IMG/VR virus record: IMGVR_UViG_3300016665_000337
Coordinates: 1-33,125 of that record
Reading direction: 5' to 3' (one strand)
From: a virus
Taxonomy: Duplodnaviria; Caudoviricetes
Length of the DNA stretch: 33,125 nucleotides
The position numbers were made by a program, and so were the translations under genes. Positions 1 through 8,700 of the stretch are shown in pieces. The notes under the pieces were generated by a model. The model was not told the origin of the DNA. It saw only the letters and a program-made list of their open reading frames with translations, and did no database searches. The stretch's first letter is position 1. Each line of letters begins with the position of its first letter.

Positions 1-336
1 TCATCGCGCACCCCCCATCTGGCGCTTCACGCGCGCCCAATATCCCATCGTCGCGGGCTTGCTCGCCCCGCGAGGCCCCCCGTTCCACACGCGGGCCTGG
101 ACCTCCGGCGAGGCCCCCGGCGCGTAGGTCTGGAGGTACAGGCTCGCCACGCGGACAGCAGCCTTGCGGTCGTGCATCTCCGCGTGCGTGTACCGGGTCC
201 CGTGGTGGCGGTTGACGTCCTGGACGACGGCGGCGTGGATTTGCAGGGCACCACGAGCCATCCCGTGGTCGCCAATGGCCATGTCATTCCCGCCGGATTC
301 AACGGCGAGCAGGGCGGCGAGCAGGGCGGCGTTCAT
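1..336 (-). CDS. Lysozyme-fold muramidase/lytic transglycosylase (i-type lysozyme/destabilase-like); possible endolysin
   Basis: AVESGG (catalytic Glu), GDxGxAxGxLQI, and ARVWNGGPRG...TMGYW motifs; ATGA overlap with the upstream gene. Confidence 0.75.
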   Translation of the reverse strand: MNAALLAALLAVESGGNDMAIGDHGMARGALQIHAAVVQDVNRHHGTRYTHAEMHDRKAAVRVASLYLQTYAPGASPEVQARVWNGGPRGASKPATMGYWARVKRQMGGAR

Positions 337-563
337 CGCGCACCCCCTTCCCGGGCGCGGAGCATGGCGTCGGCGATGCTGTACGCGTCCAGCGCTGCGC
401 CAGTTGAATCATAGCGGCCATGCTCGCTCACGAGCCCCGCCAACGCCTGCCCCGCGAACCAGTCGCGGAGGGACATGCCGTTGGTCCCGTACTGGATTTG
501 CCCGTCCGGGTGATGCGTGTCCGGAACCGGAAACGCCGGTCCTCCGTCTTTCATATTTTCCAT
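333..563 (-). CDS. Conserved phage hypothetical protein (GGPAFP...GMSLRDWFAGQAL family)
   Basis: Recognisable widespread phage motif GGPAFP / GMSLRDWFA / AYxIADAML; lies directly after the promoter-like repeat. Confidence 0.8.
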   Translation of the reverse strand: MENMKDGGPAFPVPDTHHPDGQIQYGTNGMSLRDWFAGQALAGLVSEHGRYDSTGAALDAYSIADAMLRAREGGAR

Positions 564-705
564 GTCTCTCGTCTTTCTCTCTGCGTTACCGGCGTCCTGC
601 CGGTCGGTGTCGCGGTCTCACTCGCGACGGGTAGAGTTAAGCCGCGTTTGCATTTCATTGCAATAGATTTGTTGTGGAAAATCGCGGCCCGTTTCCAATG
701 GACTA
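561..705 (-). promoter_or_regulatory. Early promoter/operator module, copy A
   Basis: AT-richer intergenic; minus strand TTGCAA-17nt-TTAACT; blocks shared at identical spacing with 5421-5540. Confidence 0.65.
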
Positions 706-740
706 TTGCGCGTTGTTCCGATGCGCGCCCCCGATCGCGG

Positions 741-1058
741 TCACTTCATGCGAACGCGGATATGGTCTCGGATGCGCTCGGCCCACGCCGTGCCGACGAG
801 CGGCGACGGGAGGCGGAACACCGTCCATCCCCACAGCGCGGCGGTGTTGTACTTTTCAGCGTCGGTGATGAATCCGCCGAGCCGAGTGTGTCGCCCGCCT
901 TGGTACGCTCCACCCTCTATCTCGATGGCGATGCGCGTCTCGACGTGGGCGAAGTCGAAGCGCCACTTGCGCGAGTCCAGGAACCGATGCTCGACGACCA
1001 GCTCCGGCCCGTTGACGGCGCGCCAGCACAGCAGGAACCGGCGTTCCAAAGCGCTCAC
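741..1058 (-). CDS. Vsr/DUF559-like PD-(D/E)XK endonuclease
   Basis: EHRF...RKWRFDFA...IAIEIEGG...GGRHTR...DAEKYNTAALWGWTVFR; GTG start overlapping the upstream TGA. Confidence 0.8.
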   Translation of the reverse strand: MSALERRFLLCWRAVNGPELVVEHRFLDSRKWRFDFAHVETRIAIEIEGGAYQGGRHTRLGGFITDAEKYNTAALWGWTVFRLPSPLVGTAWAERIRDHIRVRMK

Positions 1059-1381
1059 GCCTTGGCCTCCTCCAGCAACGTGATGCTGCCGGTGATGCGG
1101 GTGCGGGTGTAGATGCGCCGCCCGAATCGGTCCTGGTGGACCGTGGCGTCGATGTCGCCCTCGACGCGCACGCGCGCGCCGGGCTTGAGCAGGGTGACGA
1201 TGGCGATTTGATCCTCGCGCATCGTGCAGATGTTGACCCGGTCGTAATACTCGCCCCGGTCGAACGACGTTGCGTCCTCCATCTCGATGGTTGCCTCGAC
1301 GAGCGTGATGCCGCCCTCGCCGCGTTGCAGGCGCCCTTCGCGAATGACGCGCCCGATGGCCCAGCCTTGCGGTGCCTTCAT
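1055..1381 (-). CDS. Divergent SSB/PriB-like OB-fold protein without an acidic tail
   Basis: IGRV...LKPGARVRVEGDI...DRFGRRIYTRTRI matches the SSB OB-fold pattern; 108 aa. Confidence 0.6.
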   Translation of the reverse strand: MKAPQGWAIGRVIREGRLQRGEGGITLVEATIEMEDATSFDRGEYYDRVNICTMREDQIAIVTLLKPGARVRVEGDIDATVHQDRFGRRIYTRTRITGSITLLEEAKA

Positions 1382-1758
1382 GCGGCCTTTCCTCCGTGCC
1401 TGAATCCACGGGCGGCGTTGGCGTCGATCTCGGCGCGGATGGCCTCGGCCAGCGGGATGTCTAGCTCCCCAGCCAGGTCCATGCATCGGACGACGGCACC
1501 GGCCAGCTCGCGGACGAGCGTGTCCTTGGTCTTGGCGTCGGCCCACGTGTCTGGGTCGTGCTTGCGCACGGCCTCCATGGCCTCAGCAACCTCGGACGTT
1601 ACGAGGGCCAGACACGCCAAGATGACGTTGGCTTGCGCCCCAGGAACACCCGACGTCATGAGCCTGCGCCGGTCATCCCACCACCCGTTGGCGACGTTGA
1701 TGCGGTGGGCCTCGCGTTGGATCTCCGCAAACTGAATCTCGAAATGGCTCTTGATCAT
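1378..1758 (-). CDS. MazG-like all-alpha NTP pyrophosphohydrolase family protein
   Basis: NGWWD...LALVTSEVAEAMEAVRK...ELAxxVVRCMDL...NAARGFRHGGK. Confidence 0.75.
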   Translation of the reverse strand: MIKSHFEIQFAEIQREAHRINVANGWWDDRRRLMTSGVPGAQANVILACLALVTSEVAEAMEAVRKHDPDTWADAKTKDTLVRELAGAVVRCMDLAGELDIPLAEAIRAEIDANAARGFRHGGKAA

Positions 1759-2894
1759 GCGGCCTCCTTCTCCGGCGCCAGACTCGGCGCGGCGTGCTTG
1801 GTCTCTGCGGCCCCGTCGAGGATGTCGTCCATCCGCGCCTTGAGGCCCTTGCCCTTCTCGCCCGTCAGCTCGCGCACGATGCTCTCAAGCTTGCCCTTGG
1901 CCACCGTGACGGCCCCGAGGAACCGCTCCGGCGTGGCCCCGAGCGCGGCGACGCGGTCGAACACGAGCTGCGGGTTGGTGATGCTCTCCCGGGCGACGCC
2001 GGGCTTGAGACGCCAACCTGGGATGGCCTTCTCGTCCGCCTCCAACATGCGCCGGGCCTTGTCGCGCACGCTCTCGATGATGGCCTCGGCCGCGCGTGCA
2101 GCGTGGAGGAACCCGGCCATCTCCTCGGGCGTGAGGAGCATCGCCCCGAAGCTTCGTGGGATCGGCTCGGCAAGAGCCGTAACAAGCCTCCTGCCCTCGG
2201 GGCACGCGGCCTTGGCGGAGCAGTATTTGCACGCGGACGGGCTGGGCTTGCGCTCCTGGCCCGGCGCGGTGGCGCGCTTCACGATGGCGTCGATCTCGAC
2301 CTTGGCCACGGCGAGCGCGATGTCGTCGTAGTCGCAGACCGTCGGGCAACCGGCGAGCGGCTGCACGATGGCCACGCGGATGGACGTCGCGACGAACTCC
2401 TCGGCCACAAGGACGGCGAGGGCGCGCAACTGCATGTTGCCGGCGGCCTGGGTGACGTCGCCACGTCCGGTCTTGTAGTCGATGACGAGGGCGCGGCGCG
2501 TGCCCGTCGCGGGGTCCTCGGCGATGATGACGGCGTCGGGCTTGCCGGACCACACACGCTCCAGCCCGTCGGCGTCGCGCGCCCACAGGCGTTGCTCGCG
2601 GATGATCTCGACCTTCGACGGCCCGCCGGTGCCGAGCCAGTCCGTCATGAGCTGGTTGGCTTGCGTGTCGCACGCGTCGGCAATCTCCTGCTCCTCGGGC
2701 GTGAGGGCGACCTTGCGCCACGCCAGCCAGTCGTGGATGCGGTTGCCTAGCGCGGCGTCGTCGCTGGTGGTTTTCTCGCCATGGTCGTATTCCAGCAGGA
2801 ACGAGCCGGGGCATAGTGCGAGGCGCTCCATGCCGGATGCCGACGGCAGGCGCTCGCGCTCGTCGGAGATGGGTGCGGTTTCGATGGCGCTCAT
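1755..2894 (-). CDS. Cas4-like/DUF2800 PD-(D/E)XK exonuclease (RecT partner)
   Basis: SAS...CPGS, GKPDA, IDYKTG, QL, and C-terminal CKYCxAKxxCP Fe-S motif; start at MSAIETAP with ATGA overlap. Confidence 0.85.
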   Translation of the reverse strand: MSAIETAPISDERERLPSASGMERLALCPGSFLLEYDHGEKTTSDDAALGNRIHDWLAWRKVALTPEEQEIADACDTQANQLMTDWLGTGGPSKVEIIREQRLWARDADGLERVWSGKPDAVIIAEDPATGTRRALVIDYKTGRGDVTQAAGNMQLRALAVLVAEEFVATSIRVAIVQPLAGCPTVCDYDDIALAVAKVEIDAIVKRATAPGQERKPSPSACKYCSAKAACPEGRRLVTALAEPIPRSFGAMLLTPEEMAGFLHAARAAEAIIESVRDKARRMLEADEKAIPGWRLKPGVARESITNPQLVFDRVAALGATPERFLGAVTVAKGKLESIVRELTGEKGKGLKARMDDILDGAAETKHAAPSLAPEKEAA

Positions 2895-3130
2895 TGGTCG
2901 CCCTCCGGGTTGGTGGTTGCGGAGTTTGATGCTGAAAACTGCTTTCGCACCCATGCGTCGGCGTCGGCGGTGATGTAAAGCAGCTTTCTCGGCCCGGGTA
3001 GGAGGAACGGCATCCCGTTCGCTCGCCACGTTGCCAGCGTCCTTTTGCTTACGTTGTAACGAGCGGCGGCTTGTTCGCTCGTCATCGTGAACTGATCCTT
3101 TGACTCAGTTTGATTCGGTTGGTTGTTCAT
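2891..3130 (-). CDS. Excisionase/MerR-like HTH DNA-binding protein
   Basis: MTSEQAAARYNVSKRTLATWRANGMPF...LLY. Confidence 0.75.
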   Translation of the reverse strand: MNNQPNQTESKDQFTMTSEQAAARYNVSKRTLATWRANGMPFLLPGPRKLLYITADADAWVRKQFSASNSATTNPEGDQ

Positions 3131-3597
3131 CGAGTGCCCTCCGTTTTGGTGGCCACGGTCACGGTTGCGCCAGCATCGCGGACGGCCTTGCCAACTTTCT
3201 CCGGCATCGCGTCTCCGTCGCGGTCGCGAAGGGTAGCTTTAAGCGCTGCCTTGTCGGATTCGGTTTCCTCGGCGTCGTCCTCGTCAACCACAGTCAGAGG
3301 GAGGTTAGGTTGGGCCGGGTCGTCCAGCACGATGTCCGCCGTGGCCTTGCGCTTGATCGACACGGCGAGGGACACCTGCACGGCGCGCGTGTCGAGGTCC
3401 CATTTGATCGACACCGGCAGCGTCAGCACGGCGTGCTTGGCGTCGGTGGTGCGTTCGGCCTCATCCTGCGCGTTTTCCACGCACGCGTTGATGGCCTCGT
3501 TGATCTCGTCGCGCATCCCGAGGATGAGATTCGCGACCTCCTTGCCCGCAGCATCGGCGATGCTGTCGAGCAGGTCCTGCGGTTTCGGTGTACTCAT
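3127..3597 (-). CDS. Hypothetical acidic protein
   Basis: 156 aa ORF with genome-typical codons; ACAGGACAC leader; coupled to the next gene. Confidence 0.7.
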   Translation of the reverse strand: MSTPKPQDLLDSIADAAGKEVANLILGMRDEINEAINACVENAQDEAERTTDAKHAVLTLPVSIKWDLDTRAVQVSLAVSIKRKATADIVLDDPAQPNLPLTVVDEDDAEETESDKAALKATLRDRDGDAMPEKVGKAVRDAGATVTVATKTEGTR

Positions 3598-3656
3598 TGT
3601 GTGTCCTGTCATTGCGCGTCGCCGAACCACATGCGCGCCCCGTGTGGTTGGTGAAA

Positions 3657-4802
3657 TCAGGCGGGGGTGATGAAGGCGCGGAGGGCAGGGATGGTCTTCT
3701 CGCTCTTGGCAAGGCGGGCGGCGATGGCGGTGGGGAGCTCTTCGAATGACGCGACACCATTGATGTCGTACTTGTAGTGCTCAAGGAAGGTCGTGAACTG
3801 ATCGAACGTGATGCCCTCGCTGGTCACGAGCGCGGCGAGGCGTTGCTGCGGCGTCTCGGTCGGCTCCGTGGGCGCGGCTTCGACGGCGGGCGCGGGCGCG
3901 GGCTGGGCCTTCGGCTGTGCGGGTGCGAGGTCTCCGTCGTCCTGGGCGAACGTCGGGACCGGCGTGGCGGTGTTCTCCGCGATGGCTGCTGGCGCGCGAA
4001 ACACCGGCTTGGCCACCGTCACGGACGTGGCGTCTATGGCCACCGTCTCCTCGCTGGCGTCGTCGGCCTCGACGGCGTCGCGGAACTCGGGGCTGAGGGG
4101 CAGCATCTTCGTGAGCCTTCGCAGGGCGGTCTTCTTCTTCATTTCCTGCTCGGCGACCCAGTTGTCCGGATCCCACGTGGAGGATTTCACGTAGCCAGCG
4201 CGCCACGCCTTGTAGCCCTGCGACCCGTCGCGAATGGCATACACCTCGTCGATGCTCATGACCGCCACGGCCGACGCACCATCGCGCATCCGGGCGAACG
4301 CATAGACGGCGATGTCCTGCCCGGGCTCGGCTGGCTTCTCGCGGTCCCTGCGCAGGAACCACGGGACGTGCTCCTTGATCTCGCCGAGCGAGTAGGAGAA
4401 CAGGTCTCCCTCGCGCACGACGTCGGCGTAAAGATGCGAGACGAGGCCGGACCGCATCGCCAGCTCGACGAGGCCTTTGTAGTCGAGAATCAGCGTGCAG
4501 ACGGTCCTGTTGTTGCGCTTGTCCTCGAACGGGATGAGATGCGCCCGGCGGCCGTCAGGTTCGAGGCCGAACTGGGAGCACTGTAGGAGGCATTGGGTCA
4601 CTGACTCCTGCGTGCATTGGGCCAGCTTCGGCACGCGCATGGCGGCCGTCAGCGCGACGCGCAGGAACCGGTCAGGCGTCAGGTGTCGTGGGAGCGCCTT
4701 GGCAACCATGGCGCGGAATCCGTCTGACTCCAGCCACGATTCGAGCGTGGCTGCTGGCTTGGCTGGCGGCGTCGATGCGCCGCGTGGGGTGATGTTACTC
4801 AT
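3657..4802 (-). CDS. recT: RecT single-strand annealing recombinase
   Basis: ALPRHLTPDRFLRVAL...GLEPD...AHLIPF...DYKGLVELAMRSG...EMKKKTALRRLTKMLPLS. Confidence 0.93.
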   Translation of the reverse strand: MSNITPRGASTPPAKPAATLESWLESDGFRAMVAKALPRHLTPDRFLRVALTAAMRVPKLAQCTQESVTQCLLQCSQFGLEPDGRRAHLIPFEDKRNNRTVCTLILDYKGLVELAMRSGLVSHLYADVVREGDLFSYSLGEIKEHVPWFLRRDREKPAEPGQDIAVYAFARMRDGASAVAVMSIDEVYAIRDGSQGYKAWRAGYVKSSTWDPDNWVAEQEMKKKTALRRLTKMLPLSPEFRDAVEADDASEETVAIDATSVTVAKPVFRAPAAIAENTATPVPTFAQDDGDLAPAQPKAQPAPAPAVEAAPTEPTETPQQRLAALVTSEGITFDQFTTFLEHYKYDINGVASFEELPTAIAARLAKSEKTIPALRAFITPA

Positions 4803-4971
4803 TGGTGTCCTGTCTCTCGCAGCGTCGGCGCACCCATTCGGACATGCTGACGCCCGCGGCGTTCGCCTCCCGTCGCCACGCGGCGAGGGTGCCGTCGTCC
4901 ACGAGGATGACGATGCGGTTGCGTGCTGCTCCCCCGGCTCGTGGGGGCCGTCCTGGTTTTCTGCGCTTCAT
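4795..4971 (-). CDS. Ribbon-helix-helix (CopG/Arc-like) regulator
   Basis: GRPP...RIVILVD...WRREANAAGVSMSEWVR; GGAGG SD. Confidence 0.7.
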   Translation of the reverse strand: MKRRKPGRPPRAGGAARNRIVILVDDGTLAAWRREANAAGVSMSEWVRRRCERQDTNE

Positions 4972-5039
4972 GCTGCCCTCCACCACGGCGCACCGGAGCG
5001 GAGGGCAACACCCGGCCGGAGCCGGGGAGGGTGGTGTGG

Positions 5040-5423
5040 TCAGGCCTCAAATCCAACGGACGCGGCGCGGTATCCTCCGGCGGCTTGAATCATTCGGAAC
5101 ACATCAAACCCGCCACTGTAGTCCTTAATCCCACCGGTAATACGGACAAGGTGAGCAATCCACCGTTCGTGCCGAGCGCTGTCAGCCTTGGCGGTTTCCT
5201 TCCGTGCCGCTTCAGACTTGGCTTCATCTGCCTTGCGAGCCTGCGCCTTGACCGTCTTCGCGTCCGTCCCCATAGCGCGCGCGGCGCACACAACGCCGTA
5301 GTTGACCACGTCGCCGTCCTCCGTCTCAAAGGCCACCGTTGCCTTGAGGTTGTTGCGGCCGCAGCAGTCGCAGACGTTGACGCTGTCGTCGGTGCCGAGT
5401 GCCTTGATGATCTTGTTGCTCAT
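5040..5423 (-). CDS. Hypothetical Zn-binding early protein
   Basis: CDCCGR...YGVVCA; first gene after promoter copy B. Confidence 0.7.
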   Translation of the reverse strand: MSNKIIKALGTDDSVNVCDCCGRNNLKATVAFETEDGDVVNYGVVCAARAMGTDAKTVKAQARKADEAKSEAARKETAKADSARHERWIAHLVRITGGIKDYSGGFDVFRMIQAAGGYRAASVGFEA

Positions 5424-5540
5424 GTCTCGTCTTTCTCGTTTTGTCGCGGTCTCACTCGCGACAGGGACACCATTGCCACTATTGCATTTTATTGCAACAG
5501 AAATGAGTTGGAATCTTCGGGCGAGATTCCAATGGACCTA
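5421..5540 (-). promoter_or_regulatory. Early promoter/operator module, copy B
   Basis: Minus strand TTGCAA-17nt-AATGGT; perfect inverted repeat TTGGAATCT-N7-AGATTCCAA; 21-nt hairpin identical to copy A. Confidence 0.65.
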
Positions 5541-5765
5541 TCCAGCCCGCAGGCTCTCCGGGCACGGGATGCCCGCCGTCCATGGCCTCTCCCGATGCGA
5601 CCCGCGAGGGCACCCGTGTCGAGGGTGGCAGCATCGATCCATGGCCCCAAGCCATTCGCAGGCCCGGCACGCGGCCTCCGTGGGCAGCGCGATGCGATAT
5701 GTCCACCGCCTCGCCTGCGGTGCGGGCCGGAGCGGCGCGACGTGGCGCGTGGCGCGGAGGGTCAT
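5538..5765 (-). CDS. Small Cys-rich hypothetical protein at the end of the tail operon
   Basis: ATGA overlap with the large tail gene; CxxC/CC/C residues. Confidence 0.45.
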   Translation of the reverse strand: MTLRATRHVAPLRPAPQARRWTYRIALPTEAACRACEWLGAMDRCCHPRHGCPRGSHRERPWTAGIPCPESLRAG

Positions 5766-8700
5766 TTGAGCGGGACGGTCAGGATGAGCGCGCCCGTGTC
5801 AACGGGTAGGATGTTCCGGAGCGTGCGCCCAACGGAGTAGGTCGCGCCGTCGCATTGCGTGGCCGGGCCGGAGGTCTTGGCCCCGAAGATGGCCACGTTG
5901 CCAAGGTCCTCGGCAACCGCGCGCCCGGTGGACGGGACGAGGCGGCACGTCTCCACGGGCGTCTCCGTTACCGTGATCTCCCACGAGCCCGCGCCCGTGT
6001 TCCACGTCGCGCCGTCGCAGTTGGTGGGCGAGCCCGTCACCGTCCACGTCGTGACGCGCCGCCTATCCTCGACGATGGCGAGCATCTCGCCGTCGGTGGA
6101 GATTTGGTCCCTCCACGATTCCGGGAGCGCGTTCAGCGCGTCGGGGTCCACGGGCTCGAAGGCATAGGCGTCCTCACGCGACGTGTTGCCGATGGAGAAC
6201 TGCGAGCCTACGCAGTTGGCGGAATAGCTAGGGTCCGAAGCGAACACAACCTGCCGCTCGCCCGTGGCGGACACGGCGGGCGACGGCCCCGAAAGGAACG
6301 TCGAAGGCGTCCACGAGCCGCCGTCGCCATGCCAGAGAAAGCCCGCGTTCGTCACGATGGCCCCGCAGTCCGCGCCAGCGCCGGATGCGTACCGTGTCCC
6401 CTGCACGGCCCGCGTTGGCCCGCTGTCCTGGTACGTCGTCACCGTCAACGACATCGGCAGCATCACGCGGTAGCGCGTGAGGAGGTTCACGGCGGACGCG
6501 AACTGGTTGAACGTCTCGGCGGCGAGGCGAACCGTGGGCAACGGCCCGTAGCCTGCGGGCCCATCCTCCCGCGCCTCCGATGGATTGATGGCGTCGGTGA
6601 GTAGGCTTGGAAGCGTGGTGAACGCCGACCGGCCGAAGGCCTGATAGCAGAGCGAGGCGAGGTTGAAGTCGAAGACGGAATGAACGCCGACCGCGCACCC
6701 GTATTCCCGCGACGTCTCGCCGTCCACGTTGCCCTCGCACAGCACGCGGATGTAGGTCTCCATCGCGGCGAACTCGTCCGCCGTCACGGGCACGTCCTCC
6801 GGGTCCTGCCGGTCGCCGCCGTCGTCGTAGGGCTTTGGGATGAGCTGGACGAGCCACAGGTGCGGGTAGCACGTGCCGAAAGGGTCGTCGGGGTCGCCCG
6901 TGAGGGACGACGATGCGCCCGTGTTCCCGGGGCCGGTCTTGTCGCATTGGCGTGACCCGTCGGCGACGTGGGCTATGTACTCCCGCAGGGCGTTCTCGTC
7001 CGTCCGATAGTCTTGCGCATCGGAGGTGAGGTCGCCCAAGTCCCATGTCGAGACGTCGCGCGCGATGCTTGCAGGGGCAAACGCGTGGTGGTGATGCAAG
7101 CGCCCAGTGAACGTGATCTTTACCTCCGCGCCATCGCGAACCGCTGACTCGATTTCCACGGGCGGCTCGTAGATTCGACACGAGCGGAAAAAGGGCTCCG
7201 TCGCCGCGGCGTTCAGCGTGCTCGCGGCGTCTTGCAGGTTCGTCGCGTACCGGTAGCCGCTGGCCACCTCGGGCGCGAGGTACAGGTTGGCGACGTCGGG
7301 ATCAGCCGCGTTGAAGTGCGTCTTGAGCGTGCGCGAGTTGGGCGACAACGGACTCGTGGCGAACACGCAACGGTCGGACATGGCGAAATAGTCGGAGTAG
7401 GAATCCGGCTTCCACAACGACGTCCCGCTCGGGTTGTACGCCTTGAACTGGAAGAACCCAACCCACTCGTTGGAATACGCTCCTGGCCCGGCCTCGTGGG
7501 CTATGGCGTCCGTGATGCCGTCCAGGAGGTCCACCGTCCCGCGCGCGAGGGGCTGGATCCACACCACGCTTTTCCCATCCTCGACGGCATAGCCCGTGAT
7601 GTTGGCGCGGGGAATGCACCGGACCACCTGACTGTACCGGCGCGCAGCGTCGAAGACGGCGTTGCGATTGATTGTGGCGAGGCTCCCGGCGAGGAACTGC
7701 CCGGCCCGCGTGCGCGGGATGCACCCGTAGGCCTTATAGGCGCGCCACAAGTCGGCCGCTCCATCCTCGGTCAGGCCGCTCCCGTCGGTGCCGTTGCCGT
7801 CTGATTCCCGCGCCCCGGCGATGCGCAAGACCGTAAACAGGTCGTGAACCTGGGGCCGATAGGCCAGCGTCTCCGCCAACTCCCACGACACGCCATCTCC
7901 GGACAGCACGCGCACCGTGAGCGTCTTGGCTCCGGCCTCGAAGGGCACCACGACCGCGCTGCCGTCCTCCGTAGATGCGGTGGCTACCGTGACACCATCC
8001 TCGTTGGAAAACGCCACCACGGCCCGGCTGGAGGCCCGCAGCAAGGCCGCGCAAAACCAGAATCCCGGCTCCGCAATGTGGACGCCGGATGCGCCGCCGC
8101 CGGTCGGATAGACCGGGGTGAGGCTATCGGCCCCGGCGTCGAGGGCTCGGGCGGGGGCGAGGTAGTATGGGAGCGTCAGGAACCGCCGCACGTCGAAGGC
8201 GTTGCCGAGCCACGGCGCGCCGTCCTGCACCTCGCTCCGGAACTGCTCAAGGCTGCCCCGGAACTCGCCAGCAAACCGATTTGCGATGCGTTCGACGTGC
8301 CCGCCGTGTGTTTTTTTTAGGGCACCGCCGCCGGAATAGGGCCCCTCGATCCACTCGTTCCGCGAATACCAGTCCACGGCCCCGCTGAACTTCACGACGT
8401 ACCAGCCAAGCGGGAAGTCCAGCACGCGGTACACGTCGCCAGGGTTGGCGGGGCACGTCCCCGGGTACGTCACGACGTGCCCGTCACGAAGGCGCGTGAA
8501 CTTGATCTCGTAGTCCGTCGTTTCGACGCTGTTGCCCGTCGCGTCGCCGCAGCCACCGATGATGCGCGGCGTTGGCATCCATCCTCCATAGGCTTTCCCG
8601 TGGGGCGTGATGCCAGCCGACACGAGCGAGAAGACCTCCAGCGCCGCGTCGAAGGCCGGGGCAGCCATGCGTCCCGAGGATGGGACGATGGCGCCGCGTT

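Noticed and set aside
303-331. 12-nt tandem repeat CGGCGAGCAGGG
   Set aside because: Simply encodes AALLAALLA in the lysozyme-like N-terminal helix.
1755-2894. Cas4 as evidence of a CRISPR-Cas system
   Set aside because: Solo Cas4-like/DUF2800 nuclease beside RecT; no cas1/cas2 or array.
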